64,000 nt of DNA. It comes from Marsupella aquatica. Taxonomy: Eukaryota; Plantae; Marchantiophyta. Position 1 is the stretch's first letter; every line of letters begins with the position of its first letter. The notes beneath the pieces are model-generated. The model searched no databases and was not told where the DNA came from. It worked only from the letters and a program-made list of their open reading frames with translations. This document shows positions 39,144 through 51,022 of this stretch, in pieces. The position numbers and the translations under genes were made by a program. The stretch covers positions 28,525,145-28,589,144 of the forward strand of contig OZ316891.1 in the NCBI GenBank assembly GCA_973895155.1, written 5' to 3'.

Positions 39144-40887
39144 GAAATCGCTTCAAAAGTGCCTAACGGTGCCCCTACTATTTTGTTCCGGAGTGAAAGT
39201 ATAAAAACGAAAATATTTTGGGTTTTCTATCGGTGGTCCATATTCACCGGAAGGCTTATTATTCGCTAGTTATTATTCGCTAGGCGGCGAAGCCCGAAGC
39301 ATTACGGGGGCCCGTAGACCGAATGGCTCTGCGGCGGGTCAGCCACTTCATCGATCGATGGAAATATATATCGAAGTCATAAAGGACTTCTTATAGCATC
39401 TTTTTACTACCACTCAGCAGTATACCATATCCGTTTGAGGCCGCGAGCCAAGCGTTGTATTGCGCTGGAAGTGGTTGGAAAGGTTCTCAAGTAGAATTAA
39501 ATTGCCCGTTGTATATTTCGAGGTCCGAGGGTCGAGACCTGCGGTAGTTTTGCATACTCGAGATGACGAATTACAGGTTCAAGATCCCCGTACGCAACGA
39601 CTTATAGGAGAATAGCGCCCCCTCGTTCAACAGTGACGCTGGATTCGAAAACAAAAAGGGGGGTATAGCCAAACCTTTACGGGTTCCAATACTGTAAGAG
39701 ATGTATCCATCCCCTTCGTACCGCCGGATGAATAAATAGTCTACGTAACGCTTCAATGTTCGATTCTCTATCAAAATCCGAGTTTCTCTATGATGTTGGT
39801 CACGAAGGGAGTGCGCACGACGAATAGGATCTTGAGCAGCACTTGGGGCCGTCGCAAACGAATGACTATTTTCCTATCGAGATAACTCCAAATTACTTGC
39901 TTCGGATTCTTCGTCCTTATTAGATGTATGGAGACTAAATTTCAGATCGATGATGCTATGTCAACCTTACGGCGTATTATGTGTATTCCCGACCACAATT
40001 GAAGGCCTCATTCAGCAAAGATCCTAGACATTCAACCCATACATTTTGCACGAAGTTCTACTAGAGCAATCAATTATCGCACAGGCTATATAACCCCAAT
40101 CCCGACTCTAGATGCTCTTAGTTTACCGGTGTTGTTTTTGAAAAGAACGGAATATTACGGAAGAGCAACACACGTCATAAGTTAATGATGCCGTTGTGAA
40201 AAAACGGCAACTGGCCGAATTAATAACCAAAAGTCATACGAGCATCTTTTTCGAATAAAATATGTAAGCTACTATACGGTTTCGAAAAATCTCAATAGGT
40301 ACTCCTTGGGATTGACGGTTCAGAAAACTACAAGTTTTCTTGTTGCATAATAGTATTCTTATTTATGATTGTAAAGTATTTTTTTATTTTGCCGAAACCC
40401 GTGCACCAGAAAGCCTTTCGGCTCTGTTTTTGGAGCAATCTAACGGTAGGTGCTTCGCCGCCCCTTACGATATTTGAGTGTCACGTCCAAAAAAAATTTG
40501 TTTTCAAAATGGAATGCGCTTCCATCCATATAACGCTTATAGAACCATCCGGGAAATGCTAAGCGAAGAAATATATATCCGTACGGCCCGGTCTTCAGCC
40601 CTATAGCTTATCGGGGAGATAGCCTCTGGCCCTCTCCCGGAAACAAACCGGTTTCCCTTTTTTTGTCGGTCTTTTTCCCTTCCCTCGTCTGACAGTACCC
40701 CGCGCTATGGGCCTTTTCTCTCGGCTTCAGCTCTATTCCCGACACGGGAATGGGGAGAAAATAAAATCCAAGAAACACAAAATATGAGAGACGAACAAAG
40801 GGAAGAGAAGCTGATCGCGCCTTCTGCTTGCTCCGCCGATGATCACGATCATTTCGTGCCTGTTAGACTAAAGACCCGGTACCTACA

Positions 40888-40959
40888 AGCGGAAAAAGGG
40901 ACTTGAACCCTCAACCTTAGCCTTGGCAAGGCTATACTCTACCATTAAGCTATTTCCGC
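40888..40959 (-). tRNA. trnG: tRNA-Gly(GCC)
   Basis: gcggaaatagcttaatgg..., anticodon GCC. Confidence 0.95.
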
Positions 40960-41451
40960 CATAAATTGCGATATATATACATGACTCGGCACAGGGTATA
41001 ATGGCTCCTTCGTCCGCCTCACGGCGGACCAGTCAGGCCTTGGATCTCTGCCCCTCCTCCCGAAGCCAGAGACTGGGGTAGACCGAGTAATTTAATACTC
41101 ATATCTAGTCCTATACCGAATTTTGGGGTAAAGCCACCAGGCTCTAGTGGTACCTGCGGCGAGCAGTCCACCACATGTGTAGTAAGATTACCAAACTGGC
41201 GATAGTTCACACCACCCCCAGGGAGGGACTATTTACGATTTGGAACCCCATCTCGGCGCCACGAGTCCATAATAGTCGGACAATACAAGAGCACAGTGTG
41301 CTTAAGCCATTAGTCGGGGGACGTAGGTATATATATATATTTTTTTTCTCGTAGCCTTTTCCGCGGGGGCGGAGCTAGAGAACGTCTGCTTGGAACTAGT
41401 TATTCTCTACTTATCTGACGTATTCTCTTAGTCCAATCCGATGGATAGGCC

Positions 41452-41525
41452 CATGCTTGGAAAGATTCGAACTCTCAACCCCCAAATCCGTAGTTTGGTG
41501 CTCTATCCAATTGAGCTACAAGCAC
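41452..41525 (-). tRNA. trnR: tRNA-Arg(ACG)
   Basis: gtgcttgtagctcaattggatagagc..., anticodon ACG. Confidence 0.93.
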
Positions 41526-43072
41526 TAGTTGGCTATTCTTAAGCACTACGTGTCGTATACGCTTGATCGCTGCGAAATAAATATGAGAAAGAGATATATA
41601 TATACATATTTATGCTTCATCCTATTAGCTTAAGCCGCGGTATAAAGCATCGTGAATAGCCGCATGACTAGCATATTGCGTTATTAGGCAGGCGTTCGTG
41701 CCACAAAACTGCCCTTTTTTTTCTGCCCCCCCCCTTCCTCCAGCAGGCCCCAACCCGAACCCTATGGCCCAAAGGGCACTCGCCCAAGAGGCTTTTACTA
41801 CTTTTGAGGAATTTAAAGCTATCAAGGTTCGAAGAAGACGCCATTTGTGTAACTTAAGCACTGATCCGCTCTGTCCTAAAATGCCTAGTCCTTGGAAGGC
41901 GGGGGGCCAGCCCCGAAAGAAAGTTAGGGACTTGACCGAGCCGCCGCCAGGCTCGGGAGTCGAGTAGGCTACGCCTACCCTGCAATGGATGAAAGAAAAG
42001 GGTTCAAGTACCGAGGGAATTTTTTCTTTATGAAGATTATGGGTCCATGAGTTCTATATATGTATCCGAGGTCGCGCTCGACCAAAGGTAGAGGATCTAT
42101 TATTTATGTGTTTCTGCATTCGACGTTTGGTCCAATAATGTTTTTGCTTTTTTTATGTATGCGGCTCTCGGAGTTTAAATTCCTTATGTTAAGTGCAATG
42201 TGTTTGTTCCTTAATGACCTTTGGGATTGCATGTTTTACCGGCATTCTAGAAATGGCTCGAGCGATAATTTACCGCTACCCAGCTGGGAAAAAAAGGGGG
42301 GGGAAACGCGCCGTTTTCGGCTATCGGGAGGCACGGCTTAGGTAAAGCTGCGTATTGTGCCGGTCGGACGATCGACGACCTAGTTAATGACTGGCGGATG
42401 GAAACTTAGGCAAGGAAAATATCTAATCACATGCAAAAGGCCCCAGACTTTCGACGCAAGCAGATCTGAACAAAATTTGGCAGCAATCCGGAGCATTGGC
42501 CCATCCCTTACGAATAAGGTTTTAAGATGTCTTATTGAAAGCTTTCTCGGGAGCGCGTGTCAAGGACGTAAGTACTAGAAAATAGTCGATAAAGGACGCG
42601 TATTCTTTCTCTCCAGAGATTTCGGGCTACTAGATGCTTCTACAAGGCCCACATCTAGAACGTGCTCTCTCTTTGTATAGCTAATAACTTGCTCTTGTGA
42701 TTACTGCTGGCTTCGCTGCATTCATCGCCCTGTAACCCCCCAGTACTTCTTTTTGGGCCAACAGCTACAATTTGCCCTGGTGTCGTTATATATACGACAT
42801 AGGCTCTTGCGGCGGCCAATACAGAACTATGACATTGCGGTTGTATCTCCACCCTACGGATCCTGGCGGACATCTTGCTTTCAGTTTCATTAGATCCTTT
42901 CTTTCCGGCGGCTAAATCGGGAACAATTGGTAAAAGATAAATGGGAGGCGAACATCAACTTGGCGCGAAAAAAAAACGTAGACATAATCCGACAAACACT
43001 ACGTGCCCCCGTCGATATCGTGGTTTCTGAGGCTTGGATCCCAGCCTCTATTTTTCAAATACGAAGTATACT

Positions 43073-43155
43073 TGGGAGAGGTAGGATTCGAACCTACGTA
43101 GAAAACCTTCAGCAGATTTACAGTCTGCCGCTTTTAACCACTCGGCCACTCTCCC
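43073..43155 (-). tRNA. trnY: tRNA-Tyr(GUA)
   Basis: gggagagtggccgagtgg..., anticodon GTA, long variable arm. Confidence 0.95.
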
Positions 43156-43301
43156 CATGATAAGTAAGCTTCTATTTTCCGGCGGTGCAATGGGACTCTG
43201 ACGAAAAATAGGTCAATCCACGCGTGTACCGTTGTTCCTATGGACTAATCGAACAAGTAAAAGGATGTACCGTTGATATCTATTATTCATTGCACACCTT
43301 A

Positions 43302-43375
43302 CGCATCCTACAGGATTTGAACCTGTGACCTTCAACTTAGAAGGTTGTTGCTCTATCCAACTGAGCTAAGAATGC
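43302..43375 (-). tRNA. trnR: tRNA-Arg(UCU)
   Basis: gcattcttagctcagttggatagagc..., anticodon TCT. Confidence 0.93.
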
Positions 43376-45982
43376 GGCACATTACTAACCATTTCGCAAA
43401 AAAAAAGTGAATTCCAGAGAAGAAAGAAGCATCGCGAATGGAGGCCGAAGGGAAGGAAAGGGTCCGATGAAATAAAACAAACAAAAAATATTTTTTTTTG
43501 CTTTGCATTTTCCTGGTTTTGATCAGGTTCGACACATGACGAAATATAATGCATTTTGTATTAAAAACTATTCTGGAGAAAATTCTAATTCGTGTTTTTT
43601 GTATATCGATTCGCTCCAGTTTCACATAGTTTACATGTTATTGGTTCGAGAAGACGGCGGCCCGGGGCGTGTCGCGGAGTGCGGCGGCATAACGCATAGC
43701 ATGGAGGACTCTATCGTATAGAATACACGAAATTGGAGTTTCGCGTACAGAGAAATCATTGGAAATAGCATATACATATAGAGAAACTGAAGTTTCGTAT
43801 ATATATACATATAACTTCAAATAGTATATACAACATATATAGAAATTTCAGTTTCGTTTATATAATCGCTTTTCACATTCGTTGTCGAGGTGCACATCGA
43901 AAGAATTGATGTAACTAAGCTGCCGAAGTTACTATCTAGTTGCAGCAGTCGGAGGCGTTTATGTGCTAATCCGCGTTTATTATACCTAATGTCCCTCAAC
44001 CCAAAATTTTGTTTGAAAGTTACTTATTTCTTCGGAGTGCCCGAGTTAGCCCGCGTATCGTACACTTTATATGTTTTTCTACCTCCCGTACGCGGAACGG
44101 CAGCGCGTACTGGACTTTTCCGAGCCTTTCATTTTTTCATGGATGGATAGTCTGCGCAGTTTGCAGTTGATACGTTCTAGGCTTAATTCTAGCCTTTGCG
44201 CTTCCTTCGAGGTAATGACAAAGCAATTTGTGGAATACTTCGCAGGGGTTATGCGACAGCTCACATCGGCAATCATCCAGCATCCGCGAATGTCTACCGG
44301 ATTTAAGCGTTGTATTATTCGATGGAGGACTCGACCAGGGGCAACCCATTAAGTACGAACAAGGTGGTCGATGCAGCCAATTATATCGAGTCCATAAAAT
44401 CGTCCAATAAAGAACCGCGGCAAATTAAATATTTTCGCAACAGCGTCGGCACAAACGCATATGAGATGCTATTTGGGGAAAAAAATGATATGGAACGGGA
44501 GACCGAGATTGGCTCTTGGAATCACATCCAATGGTTGGAACAGCTTGCAAAATCTAACAACCTTACCCACTTTATCGCCCTCAATCGTTTTTTGTACTTC
44601 TATCGAAACAGAATGGTTCCATGTTATTTCATTAATAGGATATTTACTTTTGTTTCTATTTTTTTATCCCATTCTAGTCTCAATAACTTTTCAAACTTTA
44701 CTGGCAAAATGATTTAAAATTCTTTTCACCAATTTTTCCTCTGGTCAAGTGTCTCGATTTGATCGACCCTAAACATAAAAAGTGGAAGTGTGCACGCTGC
44801 CGTGAAAAAGACCTACCTCGGCATATATGCCGCCCTTAACCTTTCGATTAATCGCCGGGAGGCCGTTACAAAAGGCTAAGAGGGGCAGGGGGATGAACGA
44901 TAGCCTTGAAATTTTAAGGTGTTGTGCTGCTCAAGGGTGGTGAAAAAATTCGAGAGAAGAAGCTATCAAATCTTACGTACCCCACCGTCAAATTGTTACA
45001 ACAGTGTACCGAAGTACTTGACGGTCTGTAAGATGATAAAATCTGCTTCGTCTGTATTTCCGCCCCGCGGCAATGGAGGACTTGGTGGATTTGTCCAATA
45101 GTCGAGTAATCGTGTTTAGTATTCGCAACTATCTCCTTCGGCGTGGTCACGCACCTAAGCTAATTCGCCGCGGTGTTGATGAAGCTCACCGTAATTCCAG
45201 TCTTTGTACCATAGCTTGAGAGCGACTTTTTATTTTTTCCCAAAGGCCCAGTCGACTCCGGCGGCTCATTCACTGGCGGAAATTGTTTCCCTTATGGCGG
45301 ATAGGTTTATGGTGACAACGTAAAAAGGTTGTGTTTCCGACCTGTGAATAAATATGTGGGTCACCACGTCGGGTTGTAATACTACGTTCGAGTACGAACC
45401 GTCTTTCGAATAGAAAAAGGTCCAAATCAACACCACCTTTTATGTTAGACGTGTGAATATTGGAAAAGAAATCCTTGTATAGTGTATGCAAGTACAGGGA
45501 AGTAAAAGTAATTGTATTTTACGTTCTATGAACGTGTTTCGGCGAATTAATTAAAATGCACCAGAGGTGCCTTTACAATCATATTGCTTGAAACCATTGA
45601 TTTCATTCAATAATCATATAATAAAATCCCAAAGGTATTGCAGAAACCGATGTCCATCGACGCGGGCGACCTAAGAAGTAGATAAATTACTTTGGTCGAC
45701 CCTTGAATAAGATGATAAAAAAACAGCATTTTCTATTCCATGAAAAAACCATCTTTTTTGAATCGAAAAAGCGGCGTAAGTTTATAAAAAGTAAAAAAAT
45801 ACTTATCTTTTTCGAATTTCCGTGAAATAAGCGTTTCAGTAAAAGCGCAAAGGGCTTTACGAACGAACTTCGGCTTCTAGAACCGAGGTCCCAGGGCTTA
45901 AACGGCTGGAACGTCGCGCAGCGCAGGTTTGCTTTAGCTTTCCCGCTTCGCGTTTCTGTTTGACAAAAGCTAGAAAATTACT

Positions 45983-46669
45983 ATGTATGTCCCGTTATTA
46001 CGTCCTTTTCTTTTCATGTGCTGCTCTTTCCGTTACGCGCAAATTCTCATTGGATTTTGCTGGTTTCTAACAGCGATAGCTATTTATTTAAGTATTTGGG
46101 TAGCACCATCCGATTTTCAACAGGGTGAAAATTATCGCATTATTTATGTGCATGTTCCTGCAGCTTGGATGAGTTTACTTATTTATATTGCAATGGCTAT
46201 TAGCAGTGTGTTATTCTTATTAACAAAACATCCCCTTTTTCAGTTATTTTCCAAAACCGGTGCCAAAATAGGTGCTTTGTTTACGTTGTTCACCCCAGTC
46301 ACCGGGGGGTTCTGGGGAAAACCTATGTGGGGGACCTTTTGGGTATGGGATGCTCGTTTAACCTCTGTATTAATCCTGTTTTTTATTTACCTGGGTGCAC
46401 TGCGTTTTCAAGAGTTTTCTGCGGATGTTGCTTCTATTTTTATATGTATAGGGCCAATCAATATACCAATAATTAAGTTTCCTGTCAACCGGTGGAATAC
46501 ATTGCATCAACCTTCAAGCATTAGCCAATTTGGTACTTCAATACATATTTCTATGCCCATTCCAATCTTTTTAATCTTTGCTAGCTCTTTCTTTTTAACT
46601 GGGATTTTGTTTATTTTGGAGACACGTCAAATAATTCTATCTTTTTATTTACGGCGAAAAAGCCAATGA
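45983..46669 (+). CDS. ccmC: Cytochrome c maturation protein CcmC
   Basis: APSDFQQGENYRIIYVHVPAAW, WGKPMWGTFWVWDARLTS; unedited codons (FTPVTGG, IKFPVNRWNTLHQ). Confidence 0.96.
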   Translation: MYVPLLRPFLFMCCSFRYAQILIGFCWFLTAIAIYLSIWVAPSDFQQGENYRIIYVHVPAAWMSLLIYIAMAISSVLFLLTKHPLFQLFSKTGAKIGALFTLFTPVTGGFWGKPMWGTFWVWDARLTSVLILFFIYLGALRFQEFSADVASIFICIGPINIPIIKFPVNRWNTLHQPSSISQFGTSIHISMPIPIFLIFASSFFLTGILFILETRQIILSFYLRRKSQ

Positions 46670-47394
46670 CTTTCCTGGAGCCTTGTCAATAATTTTTATT
46701 TCGTCAGTTTCTTCTTCTCTCTCTACGTCGGACAGTACCTGGTCCCGTCTGACAGCGCCCCGCCCTGCGGCGGGCCTTTTGTCATCGGGAGCCAAAAGCC
46801 TATGGGAAGGAAAACACGCGCAAGGCACGTAGTGCGGTGAGCCAACAATTTGGTTGAAACATTTAGAGGGGGCTATTGGTTCGAGGGTTAAGAACCAGCA
46901 GGCCGTAGCAGCTCAAGGGTAAGTTTCTTTCATTCAAAAACCTCGTCAAATAATTCTTTTTATTCGTTATATGGACCCCGTCAATGCTGGCTTAGCCCTT
47001 AGGTATGAAAAAAAAAATTATTTATTTTTTATACCCAAGATCTCGTATTGATGGGTAAATACTGCCCATGATGTATGACGTCAATCATGAAGAACACAAA
47101 GTTTCCATGATCCGTGAAAAAGCAACTGATAGAGCTGCTCGCCAATTCTGCTTGCTGATTCGCAGAAAAAAAAGGCAAGGCGCGTATGGCTCTATGCTGG
47201 GCTCCCTATCCCCTCCATAGGGTTCATAGAAGCTATTCCGTGAGAGTTTTTCGGCTAGCTTGCGACGTGTGTAATCCTCCGTTATTGAGGTTGGTAGGAC
47301 TCATAATCGGCATGCCAAATGCCGTAACGAACCCAGGGTTGTACGGCAAAAAAATCTTTTTTTGTTGCCAATTATAAGCAAAGTTTATAATGTT

Positions 47395-48821
47395 ATGTCA
47401 CCGGAATTGGGCCATTATTTTTTAGTACTGAGTATTTCCGTTGCGTTAACTAACAAGCTGCGTCCCGTGGCTGTTCCACTCTATTTTTTTTGTTCACTAT
47501 GTCTTTCTTTGGTATTTTGTTCTGTTATATTCCTTCCGACTTTTCCAATTACAACGCATTCACCAACCCAAATGCTAATGCGCCTTTGTTTTATAGAATA
47601 TCAGGAAGCTGGTCTAATCATGAGGGTAGTCTGTTATTATGGTGTTGGACCCCAAGTTTTTACGGATTCCTTTTTTGCTACCCGGCCCGACCCAGCAATG
47701 TATCGGAACAAGCAAAGGGCGGAAAGAAAAAAAATATTTATTTTTTGTTTTCGTCCGAAGGTCTCGACCAGCGGGCAATTTCGCTCATGGATGAACAGCA
47801 AATTTATAAAGGCATTGCTTTATTTTTTCCTATTTTTCTATTAGCAAGTTCCAATCCTTTCGTTCGAATTTCATTTGTTTGTACTAAATCACTTGGGGAA
47901 TTAAATCCTGTTTTACAAGATCCCATATTAGCTATACATCCTCCTCGCATTTATGCGGGATACGTCGCAAGTGCTATTGGCTTTTGCTTATGTTTATCTG
48001 GAATAATAAACGGGCCGCGTTTGAATAATATATTTTTCTTTTTTGGTCCTTTTCCGGTAAAGCCAAGTAAGGTCCGAAGGCCGGAAATGGCTCGTGGATT
48101 TCCACACACGAGAACCGCTCTATGTGTGCCTTTTGGGTCATTGGCCCATAGAGAGCGGGCTGAAAGTGTTGTTCGTAAAACAAATACTATGTATCTTCAT
48201 TTTGGTGGGACCCGTAGCGCGAATACGGTAGTGTGGAAACAAATTCAAATTTGGATCTTGACATGTTGGTGCTTTTTAACGGTAGGCATATTGCTAGGAA
48301 GTTGGTGGGCTTATCATGAATTAGGCTGGGGCGGCTGGTGGTTCTGGGATCCCGTAGAAAATGCTTCTTTCATGCCTTGGGTATTAGCTACGGCTTGTAT
48401 TCATTCAGTCATTTTACCTAAATTGAATGATTGGACTTTGTTTCTCAATATGGTTACTTTTTTATGTCGTATTTCAGGAACTTTTTTTGTGCGTTCCGGA
48501 TTGCTAGCTTCCGTTCATAGTTTTGCTACAGATTCGACACGAGGAATCTTTTTATGGTGTTTTTTCTCTATAATTACCAGCATATCTTTTACTTCTCTTT
48601 TCAGAATGAAGCAGCAATCAGGTACCCAGCTAGTTGGGGCATTATCTGTTCCATCATCAAACCGAGATCCTACGGTCCCAAAACCCGTGAACCAGATCTT
48701 GTGGCATTCACGAAGCACTGCGCACTCGTATCGATCCGATCGTTTAGCAAAGCTCATGGTGGAGGGCACAGAAGGTCACGACGAAGTCATTGTATACGTA
48801 GCAAGTAGAAAGCCTAAATAG
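47395..48821 (+). pseudogene. ccmFN: ccmFN with a single-base frameshift in a T run at ~47,484-47,491
   Basis: [13 protein letters not shown]... shifts into the frame with [57 protein letters not shown]. Confidence 0.88.
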
Positions 48822-49008
48822 AAAAAGCTACCTATTATAAGTGACTTCAGCCCGATTCAGCACTTTGCGTTGTATCGGGCCAGAAGGAGCCTACTTCCGG
48901 ACCTAAAAAATATTTTTTTCTGTACGCATTCTCCATGGGAGCGAACGCGAGGGAATAGACCGTATTCTCTGATCCGAGGGAGCGAAATAATCAAAACGAA
49001 TAGAGCAG

Positions 49009-50505
49009 ATGGTCCAACTACAGAATTTTTTCTTTTTTCCTATTTTTTTGGTTGTGCTTTGTGGCACAGCAGCACCCATACTATTTCAATGGTTGGTAAG
49101 TAGAGATGTTTCCACAGGTGTTCCTTTTTCTAATGGTACTATAATACCTATTTCTACATCTTTATTACCTGTTTCAGTTATCATACATTCCAGGGGGTTC
49201 ATGCGCTCTCTGGACGAAGCAAAAAGGATAGTTTCGATAAGAGCAAGACCCCTTCTGTTACCCAACATAATTGAGAGAAGCTCACCTGAGAAAATCCAAT
49301 ATATTTCCTCTTCTCCGGATGAAAAAGCCTTGTCAATTCTTTCCTTTTTTCGTCCATTTTTTCCTCCCCTTCTTGTCATACAGTCCCCGGCGGCCCTTGT
49401 CGGACAGTATTTTGGTTTTGTGGTGTCCGACAAAACAAAGTCCGGGACCCTGGCTGACAGTGTACGGGCCCTGCGTCGGGCCTTGTTGTTGTTCTTTCAT
49501 TTTACTATTATCAAATTCATGGGGGACTTTTCATATTTGGAATCTTTTTGCGGTGTGCTTTGTTTCTTCCTCTTCCGTACGTTCTTTTTATCGTCTCATA
49601 ATAGGCGCGATAGGTTAGCGAGGCACAAATTTCCTTTCTTTGTTTTTCACAGGCAGAAAAGACGCGAGCTTATTATATCGTCACTGAGAATAAATAACTT
49701 GAATTGGAGTAGATGTTTTCTTGTTCGCGCCTTACCGAGTAGACCGATGACTGTTGGTTATTACTTTCGAAAAGCTCCCGTTAATATGAAGCTTTCACAT
49801 GGAGGAGTTTGCATCTTCATCATGGGTGTAATTCTGCCCAACGCGAAAAAGATACAATCTACAGGGAAAACACCTTTGGGTTCCGAACTACATATAGGGA
49901 AGGTTCGTAGCACTTTGCGAGGTATTGATCAATTACATGGGCCCACTTTTCACTCCATTTGTGGTAATTCAATCATTTATAAACCGTCCCTGACAAACCC
50001 ATTAATGTCCCTGACAAACCCATTAATGTTTGAGCATGACGAATCACGTCCTGCCCTGTTGCAATCCCGGCCTACCGAAGGTGCAAAGCTCTCGACCGAC
50101 GGTAGAGGCTTTAGCTCTCCACCAACGGAAGGAGGAAACTTCTGTGGTTCGCCGAAGGGACGAAGGCCAGAAATGGCTGGTAGATTTACGCACACTTCTT
50201 TACGAAAGAAGGGCTTTACAGTTCTCGAACATAACAGTTTTTCACATTGGTTGACTATGTTCCCAGAAAAAAGATTCTATTTTTCGAATCAAGAAACGAG
50301 CACTACCAAAGTGGCTATACATACCAATCTCTTTACGGATCTATATGCTTTGATCGGAACTGGAAGTTTTGAAACAGGCTGGTATACGACAGTAATTAAG
50401 CTCCCTTTTATTTTCCGTATTTGGATAGGTTTCATTATGGCTTCGTTGGGAGGCTCGCTCAGTCTTTTCCGTAAGCTCACCTTCTACAGATTGGATTGGA
50501 ATTAA
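49009..50505 (+). CDS. ccmFC: Cytochrome c maturation protein CcmFC (single ORF)
   Basis: MVQLQNFFFF...GTAAPILFQW, SHGGVCIF, RGIDQLHGPTFHSICGN, MFPEKRFY, TTKVAIHTNLFTDLY; includes an in-frame 21-nt duplication (SLTNPLM x2). Confidence 0.92.
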   Translation: MVQLQNFFFFPIFLVVLCGTAAPILFQWLVSRDVSTGVPFSNGTIIPISTSLLPVSVIIHSRGFMRSLDEAKRIVSIRARPLLLPNIIERSSPEKIQYISSSPDEKALSILSFFRPFFPPLLVIQSPAALVGQYFGFVVSDKTKSGTLADSVRALRRALLLFFHFTIIKFMGDFSYLESFCGVLCFFLFRTFFLSSHNRRDRLARHKFPFFVFHRQKRRELIISSLRINNLNWSRCFLVRALPSRPMTVGYYFRKAPVNMKLSHGGVCIFIMGVILPNAKKIQSTGKTPLGSELHIGKVRSTLRGIDQLHGPTFHSICGNSIIYKPSLTNPLMSLTNPLMFEHDESRPALLQSRPTEGAKLSTDGRGFSSPPTEGGNFCGSPKGRRPEMAGRFTHTSLRKKGFTVLEHNSFSHWLTMFPEKRFYFSNQETSTTKVAIHTNLFTDLYALIGTGSFETGWYTTVIKLPFIFRIWIGFIMASLGGSLSLFRKLTFYRLDWN

Positions 50506-50769
50506 AAATTTATTGTGGTTATTTCTGTTTCTTAATACTTTGGATTTAGCTATGTTGAGGAAACCAAAAAAATGTATCTGAGTAAAGGAATCTACGAATA
50601 ACCTGGTATTGCGAGAATGATTTTATTATAGATTTTGTTTTACCTAGGACCCCGGTATATATATTTACCACATGCGTAGAAGGAGCCTGCTGCTCGGAAT
50701 AAAATTATAGATACAGCGCTACGAGATCTCAACGAATCCGGAATTAATGATACAAGGCGATTTACTGAT

Positions 50770-51022
50770 TTACTGATCACTCTGTCATCCCGGTGCGGAT
50801 GTACGCTGAGTAGAGCGCACAGGTACGACTCATCGTCTTAGTGAACAGGTTGCGTTTGATGTTTGAACGTAAAATCAAGTTCTTGTAAATGAGCAAAACC
50901 TGGTGCTCTTATTTCACAACGATAAGGACGATTGGTTCTTCCATCCCACCGACTAGCAACACACCAGAATAATCTACTTTAGGCGCTTCTACTGCTGTAT
51001 AGGTAGAAGAAGCTGGTACGGC
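50770..51022 (-). pseudogene. nad7: Isolated 3' piece of the nad7 pseudogene plus the start of intron nad7i1113
   Basis: Minus strand [14 protein letters not shown]...[21 protein letters not shown], followed by intron-like sequence similar to the 5' end of rps14i114; linker DNA on both sides. Confidence 0.82.

Noticed and set aside
39571-39774. EGDGYISYS resembling a LAGLIDADG motif
   Set aside because: A single short match with no supporting ORF or host intron.
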